Shown here piece after piece: positions 13,774-27,466 of a stretch of 64,000 nt of DNA (positions are counted from its first letter, which is position 1; the number at the start of each line of letters is the position of its first letter). The stretch is taken from NCBI RefSeq assembly GCF_009914755.1, contig NC_060933.1. The stretch is one strand, 5' to 3'. Source of the DNA: the human T2T-CHM13v2.0 reference genome, Homo sapiens. The notes below the pieces were generated by a model that was not told the origin of the DNA, made no database searches, and saw nothing but the letters and a program-made list of their open reading frames with translations. The position numbers were made by a program, and so were the translations under genes.

Positions 13774-15079
13774 TAAGTTCTAAATCTTATATAGATAAAC
13801 TTTTAGGGAAATGGTTGTATTGATATAAATGGCTTTTTGTATAAAATTCATGTTTATATAACTTGAGTTTCAAAGAAATTTTTGCATAAAAATTTAAAAT
13901 GGAAATACTTAAAATATAGGATTTCAAGACTATATCTGTGTTGATATTTCTTCTTGTTCTAATATAACGTACAGGGAACCATAAAATATGTAGGTGGCTG
14001 CAGACTTTGGACTCACCCATACCCTCTGTTAGAAGAAGTTAAAGATCTTAAGTCTAGCACACTGGAAATCAATGTCAAGCCAGAGTTTCTGTGAGTCCAC
14101 ACCTGACTTCATGCCCCAACTTCAGTTTTCACCCTATTTTTCAGAGGAGACCCCCTTTGAGTACTTTAAAGTGCTAGTAAAAAGACCACTTAGTTCTATA
14201 ATGAGTCCAAGTCTTTATACATTACTAGCCTAACATTCAACAGAAATCGTGTGACAAACTTTACTGGAAATCCCAATGTCCTTGGACATGGTCAAAGAAG
14301 AAGATCCCTTTATAAGACAGTGCGATTATTGCACTCATAGCTTTTCTATGATTTTGTTTTCTACTTCTATCTTTCACAGTCATATAAAATAGAAACATGA
14401 CTTTTACTTCATAATGTGTGCACTTATACAACGTATTTTCAATATTTCTGGAACATTTTCAACAGTTAGACACTTTTATCCCCTTTTAGAATTTGGTGTT
14501 ACATGTTTATTCCTATGTTTACCTTCTAGGACTAGACCCATATTTGTCACTCTCAGAGAAGCATTGTATCATGGTTTTTTGTTTGTTTTTTTTTTTTTTT
14601 GTATTTCTGTACACAGTTTGTAGAAACTTGCTCTAAACGCTGCTCTGAGCTTGTCCTGAAACTTGCCTGTAGATAGATTGCCGTGAGGTCAAATATCTGC
14701 CTCAGTACCTGGAGTTCTAAGGAAGCTTTCTAGATTGTTCAAGGCTGTGCCCTGTTTTCTTCTATGGATATCTTCCTGACACTTTTTAATGCACGCACCT
14801 TTTCTAGGTAGCCCTGTTGGAGCTGGAAATTATTTTTATCTGCTATTCTGGACTTCCTTCCATCATCTGGAAGGATTATCACTCCTGGTGCACCCCTACT
14901 TTGAAGAGTTGCATTTATTCATTACTGCAAATCAGGTAAAATAAAACCCCTTTTAACCGTTTTCTCTCTTTTTACTCTTTTTCCCATGAAGCATAATGAG
15001 GCTTAATTTTCATTTAATTTAAAAAAGAAAGTCAACAATCACACCCCTTAAAAATTATACCAGAAGTTAGCCGATAGTA

Positions 15080-15350
15080 ACCATAATAACTAAAATTTTT
15101 TGAGGGTTTATCATATGACAAACCCTACTCAGTGCTTTGTGACTCTTATTTCCTTTAATGCTCATAATAATACCATGAAGTACGTACTTTTTCTCATTCT
15201 TTTTCCAATTAAACAAACAAACAAACAAAACTACCAAAACCTGAAGTTTAGTGAGATCAGATCAACTGCTTAAATTTATATTGTGAATAAGCAACAGAAC
15301 TAGGATTGGAGTCCAAAGTCCAAGTCTCTTAATATTAGAGCCCAGATGCC
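15080..15350 (-). mobile_element. MIR SINE (degenerate)
   Basis: tttaatgctcataataataccatgaagta...cctgaagtttagtgag...agaactaggattggagtcc. Confidence 0.55.
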
Positions 15351-18300
15351 TACTCACCAAAACTCTCTGTCTCTTGACCCATTTCGGTGGAATGTGTGTT
15401 CACATTGAGTCATGGAACTACAATGTTTTGTAGAGCAGGAGAATGAGCAGAAAGAGAGAGAGAGAGGGAAAAAGATCTCCTATTGCCTGCAACAGAAAAC
15501 TAAACAACATCACAACTCACAACATGAAATGATGTTAATTCATTAGGACATTTTTTCATTGCTAAGAGCTGTCAGATTTCAGAAAGTCATTTAAAAAATT
15601 AACTTGGAAACTTTTGTGACATTCTTCATTTTGTGCATGTGACTTACCTAACACATGTGTGCACTTGGCATCTAATATTCAGTCTCACATGGCCACTTGG
15701 ATGTAGGAACTAGCAGCAGTTGTAGAGAGGGAAGGTCATGAGGATACTTCTGTGCGGTAACATGATAATTTTTGGACCACTCTTTCCTCTTCTGTTTCCC
15801 CTGCTTCCCTCACATCTTGTGGCTTTGCCAGACCCTTGGTTTCAGGAGTTCCCTGACTGTACAGTTTGCAAACTTGCAATTTCACACCACATTTATCACC
15901 ATAGCAACAACAACAAAAAAAACCCTACAAAGTGGAAAATTTGTTGAATCAGCTGCCAGATTTATGTCTTGCTGGTGTCCAGTCAAACACATCACTGCCT
16001 CCTGGGCTGTCTGTGCAATGGACGGGTATTATTTTCCTAAGAGCTATAAGCCTGACCTTCAATTCTCAACTGTCTCAATTCCTTTTTTGCTAATCTTGTT
16101 TTCTTCTGATCCACACTTAATATGTGGCCAAAAAGAGTGTTTACTCTTTCACATTTCAAATCTTATTTTCAGTAGGTCTTCCTCCGGGGTGGAAGAATAC
16201 ACTTCAGAATCAACTAAAGTTTAAGAAGTGGTGTTGATCATCCTCTGTGTTGGTCAAGTAATTAACATGGAGAAAATTGCATCCAAATCTGAATACTATC
16301 ATTTAAGAGAGACGTGTGTGAATTTTAGTCAGGCAGGCCCTGAGATTGGGTATTAGGAACCAACGAGTTAAGCTGTGTTTCAAGTTCAAAGTCTGGTGTA
16401 GAGTGAAAGCAGAACCTGAGGACCAGGATCTGAGGGAGAATGTCAGTCAGACAAACAGGCTGTTCATACTGTCAGGTATAAGTGGGAAGGCCAGGTGCTC
16501 TTGTCAGTACAGGGTGGCATACTCAAAGGATGGAGACATAAGGCACCTATAGGTTATAAAGTTCTCCTCAGTACTACCTGGCCAGCTCTCATTATTTTAG
16601 GTCAATTTCAGACCAGAGAATATGCAGGCAGGGGAAAGTAGAAACTTCTCTTCTCAAGCATTCTTTATATCCACAAAATGACATGATTCACTACTCCCAA
16701 TGGTTTTCCCCCTTGATCTACCTCTAAATTGCTCTTTCTCCAAATAGATGCATGTGCAAATTCTACAATCCTTCAATAAGCAGCTAATGGAACATCTACT
16801 CTCTGAACTTTCTTTTATAGCATCTCCCAAATTAAACGTAATGCCCTCCCTTCTGAATTCTTACAACAGCCTATCTAAATTTCTCTTATAATATTGCTTG
16901 CTTTATTCATTATATTTGAATTGGTATTCTAATTGCTGTCATGTGTAGACAGACTAGAAGCTAACCTCTGTAAAAATAGGGATCATATTCAGCTTATTCA
17001 TTCTCATTTTTAGAACTAGCATAGTGTTAGTTAATTTTATTTGGATATGCACAAATGAGTACACACATGCTTATACTAATGTTTACAGTGTCCTCTGTCT
17101 GGTGTAAATTCTTGGTGAGCAAGGTCTGCATCTAATTTGCCTTTCTCTGGTGCCTAGTACTGTTTTCAATTCAGTAGGTTCTTTACAGATTGTTGTTAAA
17201 TGACTTCTCTCAGAAATGTAAACTACAGAGATTCTCCAATGTGTCTGAAGTAGCCAGACAAGTTTCTTGCTTATGCAGATCAATGCAAATAGTTATGCAA
17301 ATGGAGCTAAAAGGATTCAGAGAAGATGGAGCACTACTAATGGAAATGACTCAAAAATGCCACTTTCTCTACACTACTGCTATTTCCCAGAATTCCTCAG
17401 CCTGCACATGCTCAATTGAAACCCCATTACTCTTTTCAGGAACAAAGATGATGGGATGATGTGGCGACCCCTGGGGCTCTCCAGGTCCCTCTTCCTTAAT
17501 CCCCTCCAGTGCATGACTAGAGGGACCCATGCAGTCCCTAAATGAGAACTTTACAGCCAGGCACTGCTGACACTACTTCATTATGAAGATGCATGGGATG
17601 GCTACAAGATAATGAATGCCAGTGCTTGGAAGGATAAACTCGGCTTCTCTCTGATACAATTTAACATCGTATTTCCCTAATTTGAGCCTGATTTAGTCGC
17701 TGGGGTATTTGCACGCCTCTTCTATGGTGCCAATAGTTAATTAAACAGATGTTGCAGAGGGAATCATTAATTTTAGTGTTGCAGATGGGAGCGGAATGAC
17801 TTTGTGAAGTTAATGTTTCAGCAAAACAATGGGTTTCTGTCATCAGCTGGTATAAACCAAGTAAATTAAGAGAACAAGTAGAATAGAGTAGATCGCTCTG
17901 AAGAAATATCAATGATTCATTTGAGGAATTACACTTCTTTTTGTCTTTGCATTTCCATAGGGGAGAAAAGTGAATGTCTGGAGGGTGGAGTGGTGGAAGC
18001 AGCTTGAAATAGTTTAAAGCTCTCGCTATGCAAAGATTTTTCTTTGTCAGGGCTTATTTTGTATATGAGAGTGAACGGTTTGGAAATATGGATTGAGCTA
18101 GATAAACCAGGGAAATTTGTGACAAGGCTTACAGTTAAGAGAAACACACAAGTGGAAGACGGAGAATCATTTCTACTGTTTTCACTGTTGTATTATTCAT
18201 TAATTCAGCAAACATACATTGTTGAGAGGCACTTTGGGGCTGAGAACATGCCAATGAACCTGAAAGACAGAGTCCCTACATTTCTGTAGATCATAATCAT

Positions 18301-18873
18301 TCAGGAAAAATAAATAGATGCAGATAGGGCACAACCGTGTGCAAGTTCATCACATACATATTTGGGGAAGAAAAATAACATTCATTGAGCAGTCCCCCCA
18401 TGTGCCAGGATTATATATGTGCTTAATAATTTTTATGAGAAAACTGGATATATATACACAAGGAAACTGAAATCTTAAAGTCACAAAGGTATTATGAAGA
18501 AGTTTTATCTTAATATTGGTTCAGAAATGAATTTTGTCCTCAAGAAGCTTACATTCAAAGAAAAGAGATACATTATATAAGTGTATCTATAAGTGTATCT
18601 ATAAGTGTACAGGCTTTAAAATGACTCATCACATAAATAAAATTCAATGGAAATTCAAGGAGGAAACAGATGGAGATGCCTACAAGGACAATTGAGAAAA
18701 TAATCTTAAAGAAGGAGGAATTTAAGGTAATCCTTGAAGAATAGGTCTTACTTCAACATGCCATGATGGGAAGAAGGATTATAGAAGACACATATTTGAT
18801 CAATCTTTCTTATAATCAGGGCAATTGCTTCTTATAGGATGATCTGAGATTTGTGATTATTAGTCTAGTCTGC

Positions 18874-19386
18874 TGTGGTGAACAGAATAATGGCTGCGCA
18901 AAGATGTTGATGTCCTAAAAGTCAGAATGTGTGAATATGTTATGTTGCATGGAAAGGAATAATTAAGAGTGCAGATGAACATCTAAACATTGCTAATCAC
19001 TTGACCTTAAGAAAAGATTATCCTGGATTATTTGGATGAAAACAATGTAATCACAAGGGTCCTTAAATGGAGAAGAGGGGCACAAAGTGTCAGAACCAGA
19101 GAGATCAAAGCATAAGAAAGACTTGTTGAGCCACTGCTGGCTTTGAAGATGTAAGGGTACCATTAGCCAGGGGGTATGGGCAAGCGTCTAGAAGCTGGAA
19201 AGCGAGAACATTGATTCACTCCTGGAGCCTCCAGACATGAATGTAGCTGTGCCAACACTTTAATCTTCACCCAGTGAGACTCGTTTTAGACTTTTGACTT
19301 CCAAAACAATAAGATACTGAAAACATGTTGTTTTAGGCCACTAAGTTTGTGGTAATTTGTTACAACAGCAATAGAAAATTCATACA
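18874..19386 (+). mobile_element. MaLR solo LTR (MLT1D-like)
   Basis: Starts tgtggtgaacagaataatggc...aaagatgt; internal gattatcctggattat...aatgtaatcacaagggtcctt; ends ttgtggtaatttgttacaacagcaatagaaaattcataca (TG...CA). Confidence 0.85.
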
Positions 19387-19524
19387 TAGACAGAGGAGGG
19401 TTATTTCTTCTTTCATTGGTGTAATTTCCATTAGATAAAACTTACATGCTTGCCTTTTCTTACTTTACTTTATGTTCTTAATGAAATTTTATATTGCATG
19501 CAGCATTTTCTGGTATTCTGATAA

Positions 19525-19830
19525 TTCATTCATTCATTCATTCATTCAACAAATATCTCCTTAGATTTCCTGAGATATGACAGTGAATACAACAGAGTCC
19601 TTTTTTTCTTTTCCTGAAGCTTACACAGTGAAGAGAAAGTGTGGCATTTAGACTTGAAACAAGTAGGATGGGCCTGCCATTTGTTGGGCCAGGGAACATG
19701 GGAGCAAAACTAGGCACAGAACAAAATATTATTAGTTCAATTTTATTTATGTTCCATATAAGATTCCAGGAGGCTGTTGTGGATACAGGTTTGCAGGTCA
19801 AAAAAAAAAAAGTGAGAAATGGACTAGAAA
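19525..19830 (-). mobile_element. LINE-2 fragment
   Basis: (ttca)n-caacaaatat L2 tail in reverse orientation, followed by L2-like sequence. Confidence 0.55.
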
Positions 19831-22462
19831 TAGAAATCACCCTAGCTATTTATCACCCGTCCAGTTGCATTATTTTTAGTACAGGATGGGCCTCCAGAAT
19901 GGTGCCATATATGGCATCAGATGATGTCCTCTATGATTTCCTGGAGGCAGTTGGCACAGGCTCCATCCCTGTGAATCTTACAGATGAATCCTGGTTCTGT
20001 AAGCTTTACTGGCTTAGATGGGTGTTATGGGGAAATGATGCTGGGAAGAGCCAAGTTGTGTACAAAATGATTACTTTGCTCCATCTCAGTATGGTGCATG
20101 AGCACACCAGCTGTGCAGGGACCGTTCTTGTGCCATGTCTCCAAGTGTGTTGATTAAACCATATGCTCATTGATCTCCAGGGGCTCTGTTCTATTGTGGC
20201 ACTGACTCAGCTGGGTAAACAGATTTTATTGTTGCTTAGAGTCTCAGGATGGCCCCACCCTATCATTCTTAAACTACTCTCAGTAATCATTGGTTTCAGA
20301 AATATATCCCCACCCCGACATGGATTAAATTTTCTTTCTGCCTCAGTGTGTGCAACTTCCACTATCAATACACACTTAATGGCAAATTTGACCCAAACCG
20401 CCCTGTATTTCACAGTGGCTCAAAAGTTGAGCTATGTCCCTAACTGAACATCTCAGCGTTTCCCCATCACAAGCTTCCCCCTTAAACTATTTTGTCAAAC
20501 TGGGCAGATGTACAAAGTCAGTCATGTAGTCATACACAGGTATGAAAATACATATTCAGGGTCTAAACAATAATATAAATTTAAAAATTTAATAATTCAA
20601 GCATTGAAAAGTGAAAATTGAGCCTGTACTATTATCATCACTGCTAGCTGTTTTTGTTTGTTTGTTTGTTTAATTTGATAATTATAAAATTAATTTACAG
20701 ATAAACTGCTACACATAAACTTAAATTGAGATGAGAGGAGTCTCATTTAGAGGACTTTCAATTAGAGAAGTCAAATTGCACACAAGAAAACATGTAAAAG
20801 CCCTTTAATTCATTAAAGAAGCACCTAACAAAAATTATTAAGAATGAGCTACAGGGTATTTCCTGTTGTGAGGCAACTTCTAAATTATTAAAATGTATTT
20901 TCTTATGAAAGTACTAATGTACTTTTTCACTATCACTTCCTCAATTGTTACTGTTAGTCAAATAGTTTCAGAAATGTAAGATGCTAGCTAAATCCTATCA
21001 TTTTGCTTCTGTGATTAGTGAGAACCTAAAAAGGCAAGTAAATTGCCCGTATTAAGTAGTCAAGTTGAATCTAAATGATCTAAATGCCCATACTGGCTTT
21101 AGTCTTCCAACAATATGCTAGAGTAAGTGCTCTGAGAAACTCTCTGCTTCAGGAAAGAAGAAAAAAGCAAACTAGTTCATAGATAGGAAAAATAATATGG
21201 ATGCATTGTTAGTTTCTTCAAAAGTAAGAAAGATTTCCACAAACACCTTGATCCCAAACATGTATAAGCCGGTATAAATTATAAAGAATGGGCATATGTG
21301 GGAAGTGGCAAGTACTTGAAGGTAGATCAAGAAAACTCCTGTATTTGGATTACTGAAGTTTTAGCCAGCATATGGTGGAAAGCTGGCACTGAGGCATAAA
21401 CCTGGTCCCTCAATGGGAGCACAAGTGTACCAGATTTGGAACAAATACAGGATTGAGGAGAGGCATACTCAAACCTCCATCTCATAGTCTTTTCAATACA
21501 CCACACTATAGCAGTAAAGACAAGGCTGTCCACTGTCTAACATCCATTGCTGAGGGTCTTTTAGAGCCACCTTGTAACAAGACGCCAACCAAAAGTGAGG
21601 ACATATCTAGGTCAAGATGACCAAGGGATAGTGAAACTATATGAGAGATCTTTCTGTGCACCAAAGAATCACTCTGTTATAAAGAAGAAGATAGAGCTAA
21701 TTATTATTATTTCTAATAATCGTAGCAATGTCCTGTTATAGTGCTTAGCTTCTGGAAGTTTTTGACAAGTGCTAATGAGGATAAGGTTGCAGTTTTGATG
21801 GACATAAGGGTAAGTTAATTTCAGTCCTGCTACTGATACGGTCAGTGAGAACTAATGATCATAAGGGCCACATATATTGGAAGTGTTGCTGACTCAGGTT
21901 AACCCATCACTCTTATAGCAATACTCCATAGTACTGGAGTTAGCAAGAATAAGGTTGACGTCAACATAAATGGATCCATTCCTACCAACCTTGCCTAGAC
22001 ATTGTTCCAGTTGCTGGAATCTAAGTTCAATAAGGACACGGTTTAAGTCTCTCATTCATTACTGTACCCTGAATGCTTAGCTGAGAGCCTGGCTTATAGA
22101 AGGTAACCCTTTTACTTTGGATAAATGGTTAATAATCAATTTATAAAATATTTGGTATAATATTTAGAAAGAAGCCTGGCAAAAGGACTGGGCTATGTTA
22201 GCAGATTTTCCCATAAATGTTGTGATCTGTGGAAAGTATTTAACCTTTCAGGATCTCATCATGCTTTTCATTTATCAAGTGAGGTTTGGATACATGTTTC
22301 ACCAGATTGTTAAGAGTATATGAATTATAAAGTGCTCTACAAATATTAGGTATTATGATAAGTTTAGCACTTAGGTAGAACTGAATGCAAAAATATAAAT
22401 GAGAAAAATAAAACAAAATGACAATTGTTTAGTCTAATATGCTAAACACGTTCACATAGGCT

Positions 22463-22599
22463 TCACAATATAAACTATGCAATAGTTTTATAAAATAAGT
22501 ATTGCTGGCCCTAATTATCAGGAAACGAGCATAAGGCTCAGGTAGAGGTTGAATGTGACTTCGTTTGTATAGGACTACTTTCCTTCTCCCTCTCTCTGT
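22463..22599 (+). repeat. Copy 1 (presumed donor) of a 137-bp dispersed direct duplication
   Basis: Matches 25814-25950 with 3 mismatches by eye. Confidence 0.95.
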
Positions 22600-23779
22600 A
22601 TCTCACTGCCTCCTGGCACATATGAAAGAGAGCAAGAATATGTAAACTGGAATTAATTGCTTAATTTTATAGCACCAAATATAATATTGGAACTTGGAAA
22701 AGGGGAAAACAGATGATGCCAAGAAATGTTTTATAGACAAAGTAGGATTTTAACAGATGTTTGAAGGATGCATGGATTTTTTTCATCTGAGTAAAGAGGG
22801 AAGGCTGGATCTGCCTTCAGCTTATATGAAGCCCTTGGCACCCCCGAAGGAACAGAAGCAGGCATAAGTACTGGGGAAATCTAGTTTGAAGACCTGAGCA
22901 GACAGTATAGGTAAGTCAGGGAAATAGAGTTGAGGTACTTTTCTTCACCTGGATTATACACAGAACGATTGAGCCCTTTCTGCACCAAGTACCTAGGTTA
23001 CAAAGTTCTTCAGAAGAGGCAAGAACTAAGTGTGAGGGTCAAGACTTGTCATTGAAGAAGCTGACAGTGGCATAACCTACCCCAGCCTTCCTCATGCCAA
23101 TTCACTGAAATGTTCTTGGGATAGATCAAAGAGATGCTGCAATCCCAACGATATGTATAAAGTAGTGTAAGCCGTTTTACATGGATATTAAATAAAATGT
23201 TTCTATAGAATCTTTAAGATTTAGAGATATTCAGAAAATAAAACATGAGTTACAGTTCACACAATTTCTAGTTGCAGCTGCTAATGTACTTACGTTCACG
23301 GGCATTGCTTTCACTACGGTAGCTGAGTGCCTGAACCTTATGTGGTGTCTCTTAATTGAAACTTGCATTTTCATAATTTTAATTTCTGCTTGTACATCAG
23401 AATTACTCATAGATACTTTAATAAACCATACAGACCTTGTTATTCCCCACTACTCCAAGATTCTGATTTACTCTATCTAGGGAAACATGGAATCTGGAGT
23501 TTGAAAATTCTCCCTTGATAAGGCTAATGCAAGGACAGTGTTGACATCTACTGGCATAGATAATCCACAAATTCCAATCCATGTGGCTCATGAAGTAATA
23601 ACATATTTAAGAGTTGGTACGATTCCTCTGGTTCCATAAGCCCTATCTTTGGCTTTACATTATGGTTACATCATGTTTTTTCCAAGAAAAGTTTTGAAGG
23701 ACCATGCCTATTTTGGTATAGGAACATAGATTCTGTATTTCTAACTAAACTTATTTTGTCATAGTTTTAGATTAGCAAA

Positions 23780-23985
23780 ACAGTTGTTCAGAGTGTTTTC
23801 TCCAGATTTCCCTAATATTAATTACCACCATAGTAAACCGTGGCACATTCGACAAAACTAAGAAATTAAGACAGATGTATTTCTACTAACTAAACTCTAA
23901 ACTTTATTTGTATTTCACCAGCATTTTTCATCAAGTTCTTTTTCTGCTGCAGTATTCAATTCAGGATACCATACTGCATTCAATT
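23780..23985 (-). mobile_element. Old L1 (L1MB/MC-like) 3' UTR fragment
   Basis: aaaactaagaaattaa...tactaactaaactctaaactttatttgtatttcaccag...caggataccatactgcatt. Confidence 0.55.
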
Positions 23986-25739
23986 GATTCTATCTTTTAA
24001 AGATCATTTTAAAGGTGATTTTGGTACAATAAGTCCTCACACCACCTATTTGTAACTGCCAACCTGATCCAAGCTACTCAATTTTGAAATAGCAAAGCGC
24101 ATTCAGAAAGGACTCAGTCTTGCCTCAGTTAACCCATCTCTTCAGCCAAAAAGATAAGGTTTATGACTCCTGCTCATCTCATCATTTCACACTGGATCAT
24201 GACAATGCTCCAGATGATTGCAAAAAAGCTGGTGAAACCCCATGAAAATAAAATCAGTCACAATACATAGCAGCCGTGAAGGGATTCCAAGACCCACTAG
24301 AACTTGTGGAGTCCTTAACTCCTTGGTAATAGATTTGAGGGAGATTGCTTGTACTCATTGTTTCATTAACTTAGTGTATGAATTAATGAGATAAGATTCT
24401 ATGTAATTAAGAACCCAACCACAAAAACACACAGACATGCCCTTTACTCAACATTGCCAAAAACTCTATTTCAGTGATATACAGACATGATCAATGGAAT
24501 ACTCTCAGTTTTAAATAATAGCAACTAGTTTCAATGCCTGGAAAGTAATGATGAAGCCTGAAGTTCTAATTCTTTCAGAAGTACAGAATAAATCTCTCAG
24601 AAGTGCATTTTTTTCTCCATTAACAGCATCTTTTGTTTTCAAAAAATCTATAAGAACAATGTATACAGTTGAGAAATTTATAAACACACAACACAAACAT
24701 GCACACATGTATGGGGTATGTGCATACATGCACAAACACACAGAACTCTCAACCCTGAATAGAAGGCTAGTTGAAGTTCATTCCTCATGCTTTCTGATTA
24801 TGGTGCTTTGAATCATCTCCTAGCACTGCATGGACAGATTTCACAATTGGATTTACATCTTGAGATGTAAATGGTCTAAACCAATGCACCTTAATAGAAA
24901 TTTGTTTAATTTTCTTTTTTCAGTGTGTTGAGCTTCTAGTATTCAGTTGTTCAGCATTGCAATCAATGTTTCAAGGTATTTTAAGGTACTAAATTCTGAC
25001 CATTGCCAAGCAAAGGTAATACACTAAGGAAAAGAAGAAAATAGGAACATTCTTAGGGGAAAATACATGTAATCACAACACACAGAATATATTAATCCAG
25101 GGTTGTATAGTTTGCAGAATTTCATCTCCTTATTTGCGTTTTACAACAACCCTGAGAGATTCTATTGATACTTCCCTTCTGTACATACCACTCCTTAAAA
25201 TTCCAGGTATTGTATAGTTCTCTGGAGTAGTAAAATTAACATCTGAGAAATATTCACTTATTGTGTTTACAAAAAGTCCACTGACTGGTAATAAAAATAC
25301 TTCTGTTAACTTTAATATTTGAAACACTTGAGAAACTTATATAACAACAAAAATCTGGAGAGTGTTATTAAATTACTTTTATCATGAAATAATGGGAGTT
25401 CTTTAGGGGTGCTGGATCTGAACATTGAAACTCATTTTGCCTCTTGACTTCTCAATTAACTTTTTACTCATGCAAAAAAAGAGTAAAATGATAAAAATCA
25501 GAGCAGTGACAATGCCTGAATTCAAATTCTCTTTAGCCAAAATAGCTAGTGGATATTAAGCCAGGCTAGATCTAAGATTAGCTAGATGATAGAGCTGTCA
25601 ATATGTTATGATTTGTTGAGCTTCATACATGTCCACTAATCTATGTTCTGCTGAACTATTGACATTGAAAAAAGCATCTAATATCCTGATATTAATCCCT
25701 AGGTACTTAAAGTGTTTATGGCTATCTGCTAGATTAAAG

Positions 25740-26010
25740 ACCATCTAACCCAGCTCATTGATTTTACAGATGGGGAAACTGAGACCTAGAAAAAGGAAAT
25801 GGCTTATTCAAGATCACAATATAAACTATGCAATAGTTTTATAAAATAAGTATTGCTGGCCCTAATTATCAGGAAACGAGCATAAGGCTCAGGCAGAGGT
25901 TGAATGTGACTTCGTTTGTATAGGACTACTTTCCTTCCCTCTCTCTCTGTTGATCATAAGCTATTTGATCATAAGCTCAAACTACAACATGGTTCTCCTA
26001 ATTCCCAGTG
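25740..26010 (-). mobile_element. MIR SINE interrupted by the 137-bp duplicated segment
   Basis: MIR core attttacagatggggaaactgagacctaga...ggcttattcaagatcaca is cut off at ~25818; MIR-like ggttctcctaattcccagtg resumes at ~25990. Confidence 0.7.
25814..25950 (+). repeat. Copy 2 (inserted) of the 137-bp duplication
   Basis: Near-identical to 22463-22599; followed by ttgatcataagct x2 (25950-25962, 25965-25977). Confidence 0.95.
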
Positions 26011-26552
26011 CATAATCAGTTTCTACTTACCGCATACACACTTTATGCTTATTGCTACTTTATAGCTATTTTACACTAATAATGATAAATGGTCTCATAA
26101 ATTTGCAAGATTTAGTGTTGGGGTTCAGCACAGAATTTGTAGTTTAATAAGTTATCCTAGGTGATTCCAATGTGCCTGCTCTGATACAGGTCCACAACCA
26201 GTGATGGAAAATCCCAACTCCATTCTTTCTTATCAAAGACCAAGTGTTATGATCTCCTTTGAGAGTTATTTTTTAATTATAAATATTTCACTATATATTA
26301 TAACTTTAAAATAATGTTTACTCTAGTATGTCAATATTAGGATTCAAAACAGCCTAGGATGTTTGTTTCACATTCCCAACATTCCCTAAAAAACTATAGC
26401 TAGAAAAGGCAAATGAAAATGCTACAACCACAAGATCTGGAAATTAAATCAATAAGACATCTTATAAATATTTAGCTCAACCATTTCTTTGACATGTGGC
26501 TCAGAGGAAATAAGAGACTTGTTCAAAATCACATAGTGATGTTTTCGAATGT

Positions 26553-26975
26553 TGTATTTATCTACATGAGCTGCCATAACTAAATGCCATAGACTGGGTG
26601 GCTTAAACAACAGGCATTTATTTCATCAGAGTTCTTGAGGCTAGAAGCCCAAAATTAAGGTGCTAGAAATTATGTTTCTAGTCAGGGATCTCTTTCTTGT
26701 TTGCAGATGGCTGCCTTCTTACTATGTTCTCACATGATTTTCCATCTCTGTGTGTACATGGAGAGAAAGAGAGAGACAGACAGAGAGAGAGAGAGAGAGA
26801 AGAGAGGAGAACTCTCTCTCCGGCATTTCTTCTTAAAGGGGACTAATCATATCCCTTATGGCCTTATTTAACCTTAATTACTTCCACAGATGTTCCATCT
26901 TAAATAAAGCCACATTGGGGTTAGAGTTAGAGTTTCAACATAAAATTTAGGGGGGGTTTGTTTACAAAAATTCAA
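26553..26975 (-). mobile_element. MaLR solo LTR (MLT1A/B/C-like) containing a (GA)n microsatellite
   Basis: gctgccataactaaatgccatagactgggtggcttaaacaac; ttgcagatggctgccttctt; tttaaccttaattacttc. Confidence 0.8.
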
Positions 26976-27137
26976 ATTTATATTTATAGCAAATATAAAT
27001 TCCAGTTTTCATATTGATATTGAAAAAGATACAGCTTCTAGGGAATAGGAAACATGCATTTTGAGTACTTCTGCATAATTACATATTTATATTATAGGGT
27101 GTTTCCCATTGGTGTCTTTACTTCAGTGTGGGCTTAG

Positions 27138-27466
<329 letters not shown>

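Noticed and set aside
15738-16224. 150-aa ORF and neighbours as coding exons
   Set aside because: No recognisable homology or convincing exon structure; expected by chance in six frames with alternative starts.
18576-18609. 12-bp tandem repeat (tataagtgtatc x~3); similarly the 11-bp duplication at ~41352-41373
   Set aside because: Ordinary slippage micro-duplications.
19641-20153. 170-aa ORF as a novel gene
   Set aside because: It starts at a non-ATG codon inside an L2 remnant, crosses a poly(A) run and shows no recognisable domain.
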